From contig CAYWKU010000007.1 in assembly GCA_964459325.1 (NCBI GenBank), positions 83,422 to 147,421 of the forward strand: a DNA stretch of 64,000 nt, given 5' to 3'. The notes beneath the pieces were generated by a model, which saw only the letters and a program-made list of their open reading frames with translations, had not been told where the DNA came from and did no database searches. A program made the translations under genes and the position numbers. This DNA comes from an uncultured bacterium. GTDB lineage: Bacteria; RBG-13-61-14; CAYWKU01. Below are positions 27,410 to 36,987 of this stretch, in pieces (the stretch's first letter is position 1; each line of letters begins with the position of its first letter).

Positions 27410-29695
27410 TCAGGCCGATTTTTCCTCCAGTTTTGTCTGGATAACGGGCATGGTTATATTAAAGCTCGTACCCTTTCCGGAGTCGCTGTGCGCTTCGATA
27501 TTGCCCCCGTGGTCCCGGACTATCTTGGATACTATCGCCAACCCGAGGCCGGTGCCCTGGCCGGAGTCTTTGGTCGAGAAGAAAGGCTCGAATATCCGGG
27601 ACAGGTGTTCCTGCGAAATACCGGCGCCGGTATCCGAAATCGTTACCCGCACGGCATTATGGTCGATGGGCTTCATGTCCAGTCCCAATCTGCCTCCTTC
27701 GGGCATCGCCTGAATGGAGTTGAGGATAAGGTTCAAAAATACCTGCTGGAGCTGGTTATAGTCGGCTTCCACCGGCGGCAGGTCGGGCGACACGCTGAAA
27801 TCCACGTTTACACCGGTCTTTTCGAGCTGAGTTTCCAGGAGGTTCAATACTCCCTCCATCACCTCGGCCATCTCCAGTTTCGCGTAGTGCACCTTCTGGG
27901 GCCTCGAGAACTTGAGCAGGTTGTCGATGAGCTTGGTCATTCTTTCGGTCTGGTGAATGATTATCTGCAGCGATTCCTTCCGGGGGTCGCCTTCCGGCAG
28001 GTCGGAGAGCAGATACTCGGCCCTTCCGGAAACTATGTTGAGCGGAGTTCCCATCTCGTGAGCCAGCCCGGCGGTAAGCTGTCCGATTGCCGCCAGCTTT
28101 TCCGCGTGGATAACCTGTTGCTCCAGCTCCTTTTGTTCGGTAACATCCCGCAGGATGACGCTGTATCCGCGGGCTTTGCCCAGCTTGTCCCTCAGCAGCG
28201 TTATGGTCAGGTTGACCAGCACATTTTCGCCGTCCCGGGTAACCATTTCCGTCTCGTAGTTGGTCATGCTTTCCTTCTTTTCCACTACCCGGGAGATGTG
28301 CCCCACTTCCTCTTCGGCGGTGGAGTTGTCCGGCCACAGCGCATGGAAGGGGCGGTCGAGCACTTCCTTGGGGCGATAGCCGAAGACGTTTTCCGCGCCC
28401 ATGTTCCAGCTTACTATGTGGTAATCCACGTCCAGGCCGATGATGGCGTCGGCGCTTCCGTAAAGGACGGTTTCCAGAAACTCCTTGGTCTGCTCTTCTT
28501 CCGTAACGTCCCGTATGCTGCATATACTCTGCATGGTGCCCGGCACAAGTCCTACTGTGATGCTCGCCCTTCGCTCCTCGCCCTTCTTGTTGACGAAGGT
28601 GAACTCGTAGCTGGAGGGCGCTCCCACCGGGTTTATTCTTCGCCGCTCATGGTAACGCCCCATTCTTTCGCGCTCGGGCTCCGCCACCATCTCGAGAAAA
28701 CTCATCCTGCCTTCTATTTCCTCGCGGGTGAAACCGCTTATCTGGCAAAAGCGGCGGTTGACCCGGGATATGGTCTTGTCCGGCTCCAATACGCATACCG
28801 CGGTTCCGGAGTGCTCAAATAGAATCCTGTAATACTCCTCACTCTGGCGCCTTTCTTCGGCTTCCTGGAACTTGTGGGTAACATCCTGGATAATCTCGAT
28901 TACCTGCTCGACCTGCCCGCTTTCGTTCAATATGGGAAAGGCGGTAACCTCGTAAAACTCCCTGTATCTCCCGCGGGTGGTGGACACCATCCCCCGCTCC
29001 ATCACCCGGTTTCTTATGGCCCACGAGGCGGGGCAGTTTTCGCACACTCCTTCCGGCACTCCTCGAACCTGGCCGCATGTCCAACCCTTCACTTCACCCA
29101 CTTCCCTCACGAAATCCTCCCGCGCGGCGCGGTTGGCCCACAGCACCCTTCTCTTGTTGTCCAGGATTATCAGGTGTATTCCGAGGTTTCCGAGAGCTTT
29201 TCCGGCGCGCTCGACGTCGCTCATGCGGCGCCTCAGATGCCGCAGCTCTTCATTCTGCCGAACGGTTTTGACGGATTCTTCCTTCAGGCGGGCCTGTTCC
29301 AGGCGCGAATGGCTCTTGGCCAGGGCAATTTCAAAGGCCGAGTATATTTCGTCCAGGTCCCTCACCGCCTTGGCCATCGCGGCCCCGTTATCGGAAGCAA
29401 GCTCAAAAATCTGCTCCTGGACGGTTCTTTTACCCAACCGGAACGACTTGATAAGGTCGGGCAGGCGCAAATTCAATCCCACCGCGCGATGGGCCACTTC
29501 TTCCCCATACTCGGAAGCCTCTTCCGACTTGCCTTCCTTAAGCACGCGGACTGCCAGGCCCAATTGGTCCTGGGTTATCTCGTGGAGTTTCTTGCGCGAC
29601 TCGGCGCCGCCTTCTATGCCCTCGCGCGTAAGACCCTTACTCCACCGTTGAGTAATTTTATCCAGCCGCCCTTCAAGTTCTTTATGTAATTCCAT
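27410..29695 (-). CDS. Multi-PAS sensor histidine kinase (HisKA + HATPase_c), apparently cytoplasmic
   Basis: ATG at 29695 (ORF track begins at GTG 29704); H-box LAHEMGTPLN; ATPase G-boxes (DTGAGI, GQGTGLGLAIV); several PAS-like segments; cysteine cluster CGQVRGVPEGVCENC; no clear transmembrane helix. Confidence 0.85.
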   Translation of the reverse strand: MELHKELEGRLDKITQRWSKGLTREGIEGGAESRKKLHEITQDQLGLAVRVLKEGKSEEASEYGEEVAHRAVGLNLRLPDLIKSFRLGKRTVQEQIFELASDNGAAMAKAVRDLDEIYSAFEIALAKSHSRLEQARLKEESVKTVRQNEELRHLRRRMSDVERAGKALGNLGIHLIILDNKRRVLWANRAAREDFVREVGEVKGWTCGQVRGVPEGVCENCPASWAIRNRVMERGMVSTTRGRYREFYEVTAFPILNESGQVEQVIEIIQDVTHKFQEAEERRQSEEYYRILFEHSGTAVCVLEPDKTISRVNRRFCQISGFTREEIEGRMSFLEMVAEPERERMGRYHERRRINPVGAPSSYEFTFVNKKGEERRASITVGLVPGTMQSICSIRDVTEEEQTKEFLETVLYGSADAIIGLDVDYHIVSWNMGAENVFGYRPKEVLDRPFHALWPDNSTAEEEVGHISRVVEKKESMTNYETEMVTRDGENVLVNLTITLLRDKLGKARGYSVILRDVTEQKELEQQVIHAEKLAAIGQLTAGLAHEMGTPLNIVSGRAEYLLSDLPEGDPRKESLQIIIHQTERMTKLIDNLLKFSRPQKVHYAKLEMAEVMEGVLNLLETQLEKTGVNVDFSVSPDLPPVEADYNQLQQVFLNLILNSIQAMPEGGRLGLDMKPIDHNAVRVTISDTGAGISQEHLSRIFEPFFSTKDSGQGTGLGLAIVSKIVRDHGGNIEAHSDSGKGTSFNITMPVIQTKLEEKSA

Positions 29696-29875
29696 ATTCA
29701 CCACTAATTACCTTTTATGTTACATTTTGTCTCAAAATTGGAAAGAGTTCACAATTTTCATGTATAGTTTATCATCCACTGCTAATTATTTCAACGAGAA
29801 TTGGATGATTTTTCGTTGAGGTTCTTAACAATTGTCTCGTAACTACCCGAATGAACAATAGAAATTTGTTTTGAA

Positions 29876-30955
29876 CTATTTTCCCCCACCCAACACAACT
29901 TCTTGGAGGATTGAAGGGTAATGCCATACATCGAACAACACGCTGGCTCCTACGAAGCAGGAGTGAGTACAGGTGCAGCCTTTCCGGGATATACTTTTTC
30001 GGATGCTTTGAGCCTTTTCTCCGCGCCATATCGCGCGAAGATTGTATGATTCCTTCCTTAAGTCCCCCATCGGCTCCTCCAGCTCTTCGCAGGGGTAAAC
30101 CACCCCTTCCGGGTCTATGTAACCCACCACCCGGCCCGCCCTGCATGAGAAACGTTTCCCCTTCATCACCTCCAGCTCCAGCTTTCTGGCCCTGATTTTC
30201 GCACCCCGCAGCCATCTCCGGAAAGGCCCGCGATAAAACGGAAAATTCGACCAGTAAGTCTCAAGTTTCCCGAGCAGGTCCTCATATTCGTCAACCGAAG
30301 GCGGAGCGAGCGCCTTATCGGGAGCTTCTCCCCTGAAGAGCTCGAAGCCGTGAAAATCGGCATCCGGCATTCGAGACAACACAAATTCCATAAGCTTGCT
30401 CATGTTGTCCATGTTTCGATTCATGAGCACAGTGTTGAGGTTCAACGAAAGCCTCGGCTGCTCCCGCTTTTCTTTCGCCAAAACATCATAAGTGTCGAGC
30501 AGCCTATCGAAAGCGCCCTCAACGGCCCTGATTCGGTCGTGAACCTCACCCACCCCGTCAACGGCAAGGCTCACCGCTATCCGGGCTTTCGGGCATAATT
30601 TCAGAGTTTTCCGCACACAGTCCAGCGTTCTCTCCGGGAGCAGCCCGTTTGTGGGTATTGTAATCCGCCGCAATCCGCAATTTTGATAGTAACTCCGAGC
30701 CACCTCGGGCAAATCGTCGCGCATGACCGGTTCCCCGCCGGTAAACAAAAGCCATAACAGCGGCCCGGCGTTTCCGGCAACCAGTCGATGCTCATCGAGC
30801 GACAGCTCTTGGGTCGCCGTGTTGAGTTTCCGGTAGTTGAAGCAGGTTATGCACCGGGCGTTGCACCGCCACGTGGCGCCCAATATCAGGTAAACCGGGG
30901 GCAGGCTTTTCATGCCCAAAAGGTGTCCCGCCCCGACCGCCGCCGGTCTTATCAT
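29876..30955 (-). CDS. Radical SAM protein with C-terminal SPASM-like cysteine-rich domain
   Basis: CX3CX2C motif (CNARCITC) near the N-terminus; C-terminal auxiliary cysteines (FSCRAGR...YPCEELE...GCTCTHSCF); overlaps the upstream GT2 gene by 4 nt. Confidence 0.8.
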   Translation of the reverse strand: MIRPAAVGAGHLLGMKSLPPVYLILGATWRCNARCITCFNYRKLNTATQELSLDEHRLVAGNAGPLLWLLFTGGEPVMRDDLPEVARSYYQNCGLRRITIPTNGLLPERTLDCVRKTLKLCPKARIAVSLAVDGVGEVHDRIRAVEGAFDRLLDTYDVLAKEKREQPRLSLNLNTVLMNRNMDNMSKLMEFVLSRMPDADFHGFELFRGEAPDKALAPPSVDEYEDLLGKLETYWSNFPFYRGPFRRWLRGAKIRARKLELEVMKGKRFSCRAGRVVGYIDPEGVVYPCEELEEPMGDLRKESYNLRAIWRGEKAQSIRKSISRKGCTCTHSCFVGASVLFDVWHYPSILQEVVLGGGK

Positions 30956-31923
30956 CGCGGCCTCCTCAAAAGCTTGCCGTACTCACTCTTGGAAGGAAGG
31001 CGCAATATTCCCGTCAGCAGCCCTGCAAAGCTTACACCGTGAAGACAGGCGACGGCCCCGGCCCATTTGAGCCTGCCCGCCGATTTTGCTCCAAGGCTCG
31101 CTCTTGCCAGCAATATCGAATACGCCGCTATCGCCAACAATACAAGCGGCGGCCACTCAATCATCAGCCACAGAAGCACCGGAACCGCCGCAAGAGCCGC
31201 CCCCGACTTCCGGGTGACGTACATGCCGGGCCTCAGCCACAACAACCCCCCGTTCTGTTTTCGGAGCCGATAGCGTTGGGAAAAAAAGTCCCGCCCGAAC
31301 GGACGACGCTCATGTATGACGAAAAGGTCGGGGTCATAAATAAAATACCCCTTCGCCATTCGGCGGCAGAGGTAGATAAACTCACTGTCCTCCCCTCCGT
31401 ACCCCAGAGCTTCGTTAAAACCGCCGACGGCCTCGAAAACATCCCTGCGGACGAAGAAATTAACCAGGTGAATTTCGCCGATACGCGCCTCGTGTGACTC
31501 ACCTTTGTCACTATACGAATTTGAGCCGCTGCCGATTTTCGAGGAGAGGACGGCGTCGGTCAGCTCTTCGGCCCGAGTCTGCTCGACGGGCGCCAGATTC
31601 GGCCCTCCGCATCCCGCCGCCCGGGGGTGTTCTTCGAGCAACATCAATCCCTTTTTCAGCCATTTCCGGGGAGCGAGGGCGTCATCGTCTATAAAGGCAA
31701 GCATCTTTCCCCCGGAAACGGCCACTCCCGAATTCCTTTTGGCCGCCGGGTTCGGGCTTTCACATTCGACATAAATCACCCCCTCAGCCCGTCTCGACGG
31801 CGGGTTAGAGGCGTCATGCACAACGATTATCTCGTAATCGAAGTCCGCGTCCTGGTGGGTGAGAAACTCCAGCCGGTCATGTATGTCCTTCCGGCCGGAT
31901 GCGACTATGACGCTTGCATCCAT
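30952..31923 (-). CDS. Glycosyltransferase family 2 (GT-A fold)
   Basis: GT2-like D-x-D region (MLAFIDDDA), conserved acidic motif GYGGEDSEF, C-terminal membrane helices. Confidence 0.7.
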   Translation of the reverse strand: MDASVIVASGRKDIHDRLEFLTHQDADFDYEIIVVHDASNPPSRRAEGVIYVECESPNPAAKRNSGVAVSGGKMLAFIDDDALAPRKWLKKGLMLLEEHPRAAGCGGPNLAPVEQTRAEELTDAVLSSKIGSGSNSYSDKGESHEARIGEIHLVNFFVRRDVFEAVGGFNEALGYGGEDSEFIYLCRRMAKGYFIYDPDLFVIHERRPFGRDFFSQRYRLRKQNGGLLWLRPGMYVTRKSGAALAAVPVLLWLMIEWPPLVLLAIAAYSILLARASLGAKSAGRLKWAGAVACLHGVSFAGLLTGILRLPSKSEYGKLLRRPR

Positions 31924-31926
31924 CTA

Positions 31927-33333
31927 TCACAGCCTCAGTATCTTCAGCCCCGCGCGCGCCTGCCTGATAACTTCCCCCGGACTACGGATGGTTTTCAGCC
32001 TGCGCAGGATATATGCGGGGTTGCGATAAAAGCTTCGATACGCTCCCAGGGTAAGCTCTATCAACTCCTCCCGGGACAGGTTCTCCTCCCAAACCGGCGC
32101 CTGAAAATCCTCTCGCGGATTGAGGGCGAACTCCAGCCACGGGTCGCCGTTCCACAAACCCTTCTCCTTGCCCATCCGGTAAAGGTCGGTACCCGGAAAC
32201 GGCATAAGCAGCGAAAAATGCACGTAATCCGGCTTGAGCTCCCGAGCCAGCCGTACCGAGCGGCGCACGGTGTCGGAGGTTTCTCCCGGTGAGCCCACCA
32301 GGAAGTACGCCAGAGTGCGTATCCCGGCCTTCCGGGCGTTCTCAAAGCCGGCGCGGGCGTCGTCCACTGTTATTCCTTTCCGGAGGGTTTTCAATATTTC
32401 CGGGTCGCCGGACTCGACGCCCAGGTGTACCCGGTCGCAACCTGCCCTTTTTAGTGCTTCTGCCAACTTGATGTCGAGGTCGGTGACCCGAAGCCTTACG
32501 TCGAAAGTCACTTTCAACCCGCGCGACAATATAAGCTCGGCGATTTGCATGGCCCGCTCGCGGTCGGTGGCGAAATTGTCGTCGTAGAAAAGTATCTCCC
32601 GGATGCCAAGCCGCAGGCATCGCTCCATCTCATCCACCACGCTCTCCGGCGAGCGTGCCCTGAATTTCCTCCCCAAATGAGGCCGGTCGCAGAAAAGGCA
32701 GTTGTAGGGGCAGCCACGGCTGGACATCATGGTGGTAACCGGGTTGGCGCGGGCCAGCACCGAGGTGTAAACCCGAACATCGGTAAGTTCTCTTGCCGGG
32801 AACCGTAGCTCGTTGAGGTCTTCAATAAAGGACGGCGGAGGCCCTCTGTGTATCTCGCCATCCGCACTCCATACCGCCCCGGAAGCCTCATCGGGCCCGA
32901 CATTATTCCGAAGACAATCCACGAGTGCCGGAAGGGCCCTTTCGCCCTCTCCCGTAATCACGTAATCAACTTCCGGCAAAAATGCGGTTTCTTCCGGGTA
33001 GATGTGGGGGTGTGGCCCGCCCAGCACTGTCACCGCTCCGGCTTCTTTAGCCATCTCGCAGACCACCAACACGTCCGGCATGGTGAAGCTGAGCGCGGTA
33101 ACTCCCACGACATCGGGCGCGAAGGATGAGATTTTTTTCCGAATGGTCGCGTCGTCCAGGCCGGGCGCCTGGGCATCCAATATTGCAACCTCGTCCCGCC
33201 CGAGCCGCTCGAGTTCACCGGCCAGGTAAAGCAGGCCTAGCGGCGGATTCGCTCCCCGACCCGATTCGACCTTCTCGGGAAGAATGGACGGTATCATGCG
33301 CCCGGAGGGCGGATGTAGGAGAAGAACTTTCAC
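31927..33333 (-). CDS. B12-binding domain-containing radical SAM enzyme
   Basis: GTG start at 33333 overlapping the upstream stop (GTGA); N-terminal B12-binding-like region (VKVLLLHPP...PLGLLYLAG), radical SAM motif SRGCPYNCLFC. Confidence 0.8.
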   Translation of the reverse strand: MKVLLLHPPSGRMIPSILPEKVESGRGANPPLGLLYLAGELERLGRDEVAILDAQAPGLDDATIRKKISSFAPDVVGVTALSFTMPDVLVVCEMAKEAGAVTVLGGPHPHIYPEETAFLPEVDYVITGEGERALPALVDCLRNNVGPDEASGAVWSADGEIHRGPPPSFIEDLNELRFPARELTDVRVYTSVLARANPVTTMMSSRGCPYNCLFCDRPHLGRKFRARSPESVVDEMERCLRLGIREILFYDDNFATDRERAMQIAELILSRGLKVTFDVRLRVTDLDIKLAEALKRAGCDRVHLGVESGDPEILKTLRKGITVDDARAGFENARKAGIRTLAYFLVGSPGETSDTVRRSVRLARELKPDYVHFSLLMPFPGTDLYRMGKEKGLWNGDPWLEFALNPREDFQAPVWEENLSREELIELTLGAYRSFYRNPAYILRRLKTIRSPGEVIRQARAGLKILRL

Positions 33334-34187
33334 GGCTTGTAACGCTTGCCGATAAGGTCGGCCACCACGCCGATGGCCAGCACCTGCAGGGCCGCCACCA
33401 CCAGCCCTATGAATCCGACGCCCCAGCCTATGGCTCCAAGGTAGTGCCATGCTAAACCTACCGGTACGGCGGCGATAATGAGGATTACCGCCGCCGGCAG
33501 AAACACCCGCAGCGGGTTGAAGTAAACCAGCGTCCTTATTATCAAAACCAGCATGTTAAGAGTATCGTGGAAGGGGCGGAACTTGCTCCAGCCCTTGCGC
33601 TTGCGGTAGTTGATGGGAAGATACTCCACGTGAAACCCCTCGGATAGAAAAACCAGGGTGATGGTGGAGGTGAAAGAAAATCCCGACGGAAACAGGTTGA
33701 TATATTTGAGCGCCAAATCGCGGCGGAAAATCCTCAACCCCGAGTTAAGGTCGGGAATGTGAGTCTCACCCAGGTAATTCGCCATCCCGCCGATGGTTTT
33801 CTTAACCGCCCTTCGCAGCCACGATTCCTCCACGTGACGTCCCGTTCGCGCTCCAACCACCATGTCCGCCTCCCGGCTCATTTCGACCAGCTTCGGTATG
33901 GAGCCTTCGGGGTAGGAAGCGTCGGCGTCTATTATCAGCACCCGGTCGTAAGCGGCGCTCCTTACGCCAGTTTTCAACGCCGCCCCGTAGCCCTGGTTGT
34001 GGCCGTGGGAAATTACCCGCACTCCATCGGCGGTCGCGGCCACCGAGGCGGTGTCGTCGGTGGAGCCGTCGTCCACAACAAGAATCTCGTGCTCAATGCC
34101 GCCGAGGGCGGAATTTATCTCCTCCAGCACACCGACGATGCCGGAGGTTTCGTTGTATGCGGGCACTATGACGCTTACGCCTTCCAT
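33330..34187 (-). CDS. GT2 polyprenyl-phosphate sugar synthase-like glycosyltransferase (ArnC/GtrB/DPM1-like)
   Basis: ATG at 34187 with GGAGG upstream (ORF-track extension to 34241 overlaps the upstream gene); VSVIVPAYNE, VVDDGSTDDT, C-terminal two-helix membrane anchor. Confidence 0.8.
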   Translation of the reverse strand: MEGVSVIVPAYNETSGIVGVLEEINSALGGIEHEILVVDDGSTDDTASVAATADGVRVISHGHNQGYGAALKTGVRSAAYDRVLIIDADASYPEGSIPKLVEMSREADMVVGARTGRHVEESWLRRAVKKTIGGMANYLGETHIPDLNSGLRIFRRDLALKYINLFPSGFSFTSTITLVFLSEGFHVEYLPINYRKRKGWSKFRPFHDTLNMLVLIIRTLVYFNPLRVFLPAAVILIIAAVPVGLAWHYLGAIGWGVGFIGLVVAALQVLAIGVVADLIGKRYKP

Positions 34188-34188
34188 T

Positions 34189-36045
34189 CTATTTGCCTCC
34201 GGGGAGCTCGAAACGCGGGTTCTGCCAGAAAAACCGGTCATGGCCCGGGTATTTACGCGGCCCGACCTTAAAGGTTACCGTAGCCTTATTGAAAGATGCC
34301 GGAAGTTTTATCGTTATGGGCGTCGGATGGCAAACCCCTTCACCCGGCACGGCTTCCCCCCGGAAGGTCTCCGACCATTTCCCGGAAGAAAGGTTTACTG
34401 AAAAATCAACGCCGTCCGAAAGTGAAGGGTCGCATGACGAAGGCGCGAGCCGGGCGGCGGTTTTAAATGCCCTTTTGCCGTCCACGTGCATATCGGGGAA
34501 GCGGATGACCGACTCGGCTTTCTTCCTCGAATGATGAAGAATGCCGAACTCCGCCTCGCCGCCGAAATTTATAATCTCTGCGGTCGGGTTTTCCCACCGG
34601 CGGGTGGATTCCGGCGGCAGCTCGGCTTCATTCAGCATGTTCGCCAGAGGCATTGTTTTCGGAGGCCCGCCCCGTAACCACACCTCCGTGCCGTGCAACC
34701 GGTAGGCCGGAAACAGATTTTCGCCGCCGCTTCGCTTATTTATGGCGTCCTTAACGTAACCTACCTCCGGGTGGGATGTATCGAGTATGAATGCGCAAAC
34801 ATTCTCCGAATCTATAAATTCCCCCGGCGGCGGCTCGTTGGCCCCGACCGGGTGGAAGGTCTCGATGCCGTCGTAGTAGCGCAGGTATCCCACCGCTGCC
34901 GAGTTATAGGCTTTGCAATCGTCCTCTATCCTTTCGGAGACCATACGGGTAAGATTATAAAAGAAGGGGCTGCGCTTTTGCATGAAGCGGGCGTCGCTCC
35001 AGGCATAATAAGCGACAATAACAAGAATCAGCGCCCGGATGGCGTTTTTGCGGTACTCGTCCAGTACCGGCAGTCCCATCAGTATCGCGACGGGCGGGGC
35101 GAAGTAAAGCGCCGCCAGCGGATGAGTTTTTACCAGTTGCGGCGCAAGTATCAGGAAAAACAGCGGAATCAGCGCGTAAGCAATGAGCGCCGACGCGCTT
35201 TTCGGCGCCGCCCGCCAGGCCGCCGGGAGCCTGTGGACTCCCACGAAGACCAGCACCCATCCCGGACCGACTCCCACGAAGATGTTCGACAGAAAATCCA
35301 GCCACCCGCCCGGTTTCATGAAAGCCGCCGGGTCGCTGCGGGTTGCCGCGTGGCCCAGCACCGGTATGACCCCCACCACCGACTTCTGCCATATGAACAC
35401 GGCGGCAAGGGTTGCGGCGGCGGCAATGCCCGGCAGGAGGATGAACTTGAGGCTCCGCAGCTTCCTTTCTTCAAAAATCCCCGCCACCAGAACGGCGGGC
35501 AGGGCAAGGTATACCGTCCATTCGTACAACCCGCCGAGGGCTGCGGCGACTGTCATAATCGCCACTCCCTTCCGTGTAACCCGGCGGGTATAGCCGTAAA
35601 TCAACAGCGAGATGAAAAAGAGCGCCCCCGGCTCGTAATTGGTGGTACGCCCCGCCGTTACCGCCATGGTCATCATGGCGAAGAATATCCCCGCCGGAAA
35701 CGCCGCCCGCCGCGTGCCCGCTCTCACAAGTGCGCCCCATAGCAGCAGAGCCGTCCCAGCCCCGAAAAGGGCGCTTACCAGTCGCGAAACCCATTCGTGA
35801 ACGCCGAAAACCGAGTATAGGAAGGCATATACCAACTGAAGCAGTGGCGGATGAGCGGCGTGGTAGAGAAATTCACCCCTGAAAAACCCGAAGCCGGATA
35901 TGCCGCGGGTTACACCGAGGCCGTAAAAAAAATGAGACAGCGCCAGGGACTCCTGGAAAGCGCTGTCCAGCGGCAACACGAACGGGCCGGTCACATTCCA
36001 CAGTCTCAACAGCAGGCAGACCCCGGTAATCAGGAAGGCGCTCAA
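34189..36045 (-). CDS. GT-C fold membrane glycosyltransferase (family 39/83-like, ArnT/PMT-type) with C-terminal soluble domain
   Basis: About 10 predicted transmembrane helices in the first ~400 aa followed by a hydrophilic domain; placed next to an ArnC-like GT2. Confidence 0.6.
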   Translation of the reverse strand: MSAFLITGVCLLLRLWNVTGPFVLPLDSAFQESLALSHFFYGLGVTRGISGFGFFRGEFLYHAAHPPLLQLVYAFLYSVFGVHEWVSRLVSALFGAGTALLLWGALVRAGTRRAAFPAGIFFAMMTMAVTAGRTTNYEPGALFFISLLIYGYTRRVTRKGVAIMTVAAALGGLYEWTVYLALPAVLVAGIFEERKLRSLKFILLPGIAAAATLAAVFIWQKSVVGVIPVLGHAATRSDPAAFMKPGGWLDFLSNIFVGVGPGWVLVFVGVHRLPAAWRAAPKSASALIAYALIPLFFLILAPQLVKTHPLAALYFAPPVAILMGLPVLDEYRKNAIRALILVIVAYYAWSDARFMQKRSPFFYNLTRMVSERIEDDCKAYNSAAVGYLRYYDGIETFHPVGANEPPPGEFIDSENVCAFILDTSHPEVGYVKDAINKRSGGENLFPAYRLHGTEVWLRGGPPKTMPLANMLNEAELPPESTRRWENPTAEIINFGGEAEFGILHHSRKKAESVIRFPDMHVDGKRAFKTAARLAPSSCDPSLSDGVDFSVNLSSGKWSETFRGEAVPGEGVCHPTPITIKLPASFNKATVTFKVGPRKYPGHDRFFWQNPRFELPGGK

Positions 36046-36069
36046 TATAAGGTCGCGGGCGCTCGTTTC

Positions 36070-36987
36070 TCAATCCTCCTCGAAATATTCCTTCAGGCCT
36101 TCTTTCAAGGGTATCGTGGGCTCCCAGTCCAACTCGTTTTTCGCGCGGGTACAATCCAGTACGTTTTCTTTAACGTCCACAGGTCGGGAAGGTTGATAAT
36201 CAACCCGAGCCCGTATCCCCGAAACCTCCTCCAACAGTCCCACCAGCCTTATCAATGAGGTTCCTTCACCGGCGCCGATGTTGTAAATCGTCGAGGGCGG
36301 GGTGTCGATTATGACTTGCGCGTAAGCCCTTGCCACGTCGATAACGTGAATGTAGTCCCGTGTAATTTCCCCGTCCCCCCATATTGTGATGGTGTCCCCG
36401 CTATTTATGGCCTGTGCGAAGGCGCTTGCGGCTCCCAGCCCCTTACTTGGGTCTTGCCTTATGCCGTAAGGGTTTGAAGCGCGGAGGGCCACCCATTTAA
36501 GACCGTAAAGCTGCCCGCAAAGGGCTAGGTATTTTTCGACAGCCAGTTTATGCATCCCATACGAGCAGACCGGCTCGGTGGGATGATTTTCGACAATAGG
36601 CAATTTTCGCGCCGGGCCGTAGACCGTGCCTCCGCTGGAAGCATAGATTACTTTCTCAACACCCGCCTCGACGGCGGTCTTAAGCATGTTCACCGTTCCG
36701 GCCAGGTTGGTTTGAATGTCGGATACCGGGTCGATGTTGGATGTGGCGGGTATAGTCGAGCATGCCAGATGAACGGCGACGTCCATGCTTTTGAGGGCGC
36801 GAACCATATCGGCGGGGGAAGTGAAATCCCCTTCCATTATCTCGACTTTGCCTTTCAGATGCTCAATGCGCCACGGGTCGGCGTCCGGAAGGTCGAGTAT
36901 CCGCACCTTCACTCCTTCTTCCACCAGAATATCGGCCAGGTGAGAGCCGATAAAACCATATCCCCCCAAAATAAGAACGGAAGTCAT
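36070..36987 (-). CDS. NAD-dependent epimerase/dehydratase (UDP-sugar 4-epimerase-like)
   Basis: ILGGYGFIGSHLADIL Rossmann motif; catalytic YxxxK (CSYGMHKLAVEK). Confidence 0.85.
   Translation of the reverse strand: MTSVLILGGYGFIGSHLADILVEEGVKVRILDLPDADPWRIEHLKGKVEIMEGDFTSPADMVRALKSMDVAVHLACSTIPATSNIDPVSDIQTNLAGTVNMLKTAVEAGVEKVIYASSGGTVYGPARKLPIVENHPTEPVCSYGMHKLAVEKYLALCGQLYGLKWVALRASNPYGIRQDPSKGLGAASAFAQAINSGDTITIWGDGEITRDYIHVIDVARAYAQVIIDTPPSTIYNIGAGEGTSLIRLVGLLEEVSGIRARVDYQPSRPVDVKENVLDCTRAKNELDWEPTIPLKEGLKEYFEED

Noticed and set aside
26447-28822. 791-aa plus-strand ORF across the response regulator and histidine kinase genes
   Set aside because: Antisense to two genes with unambiguous motifs (GAFTGA, Walker A, H-box, G-boxes); no motifs of its own.
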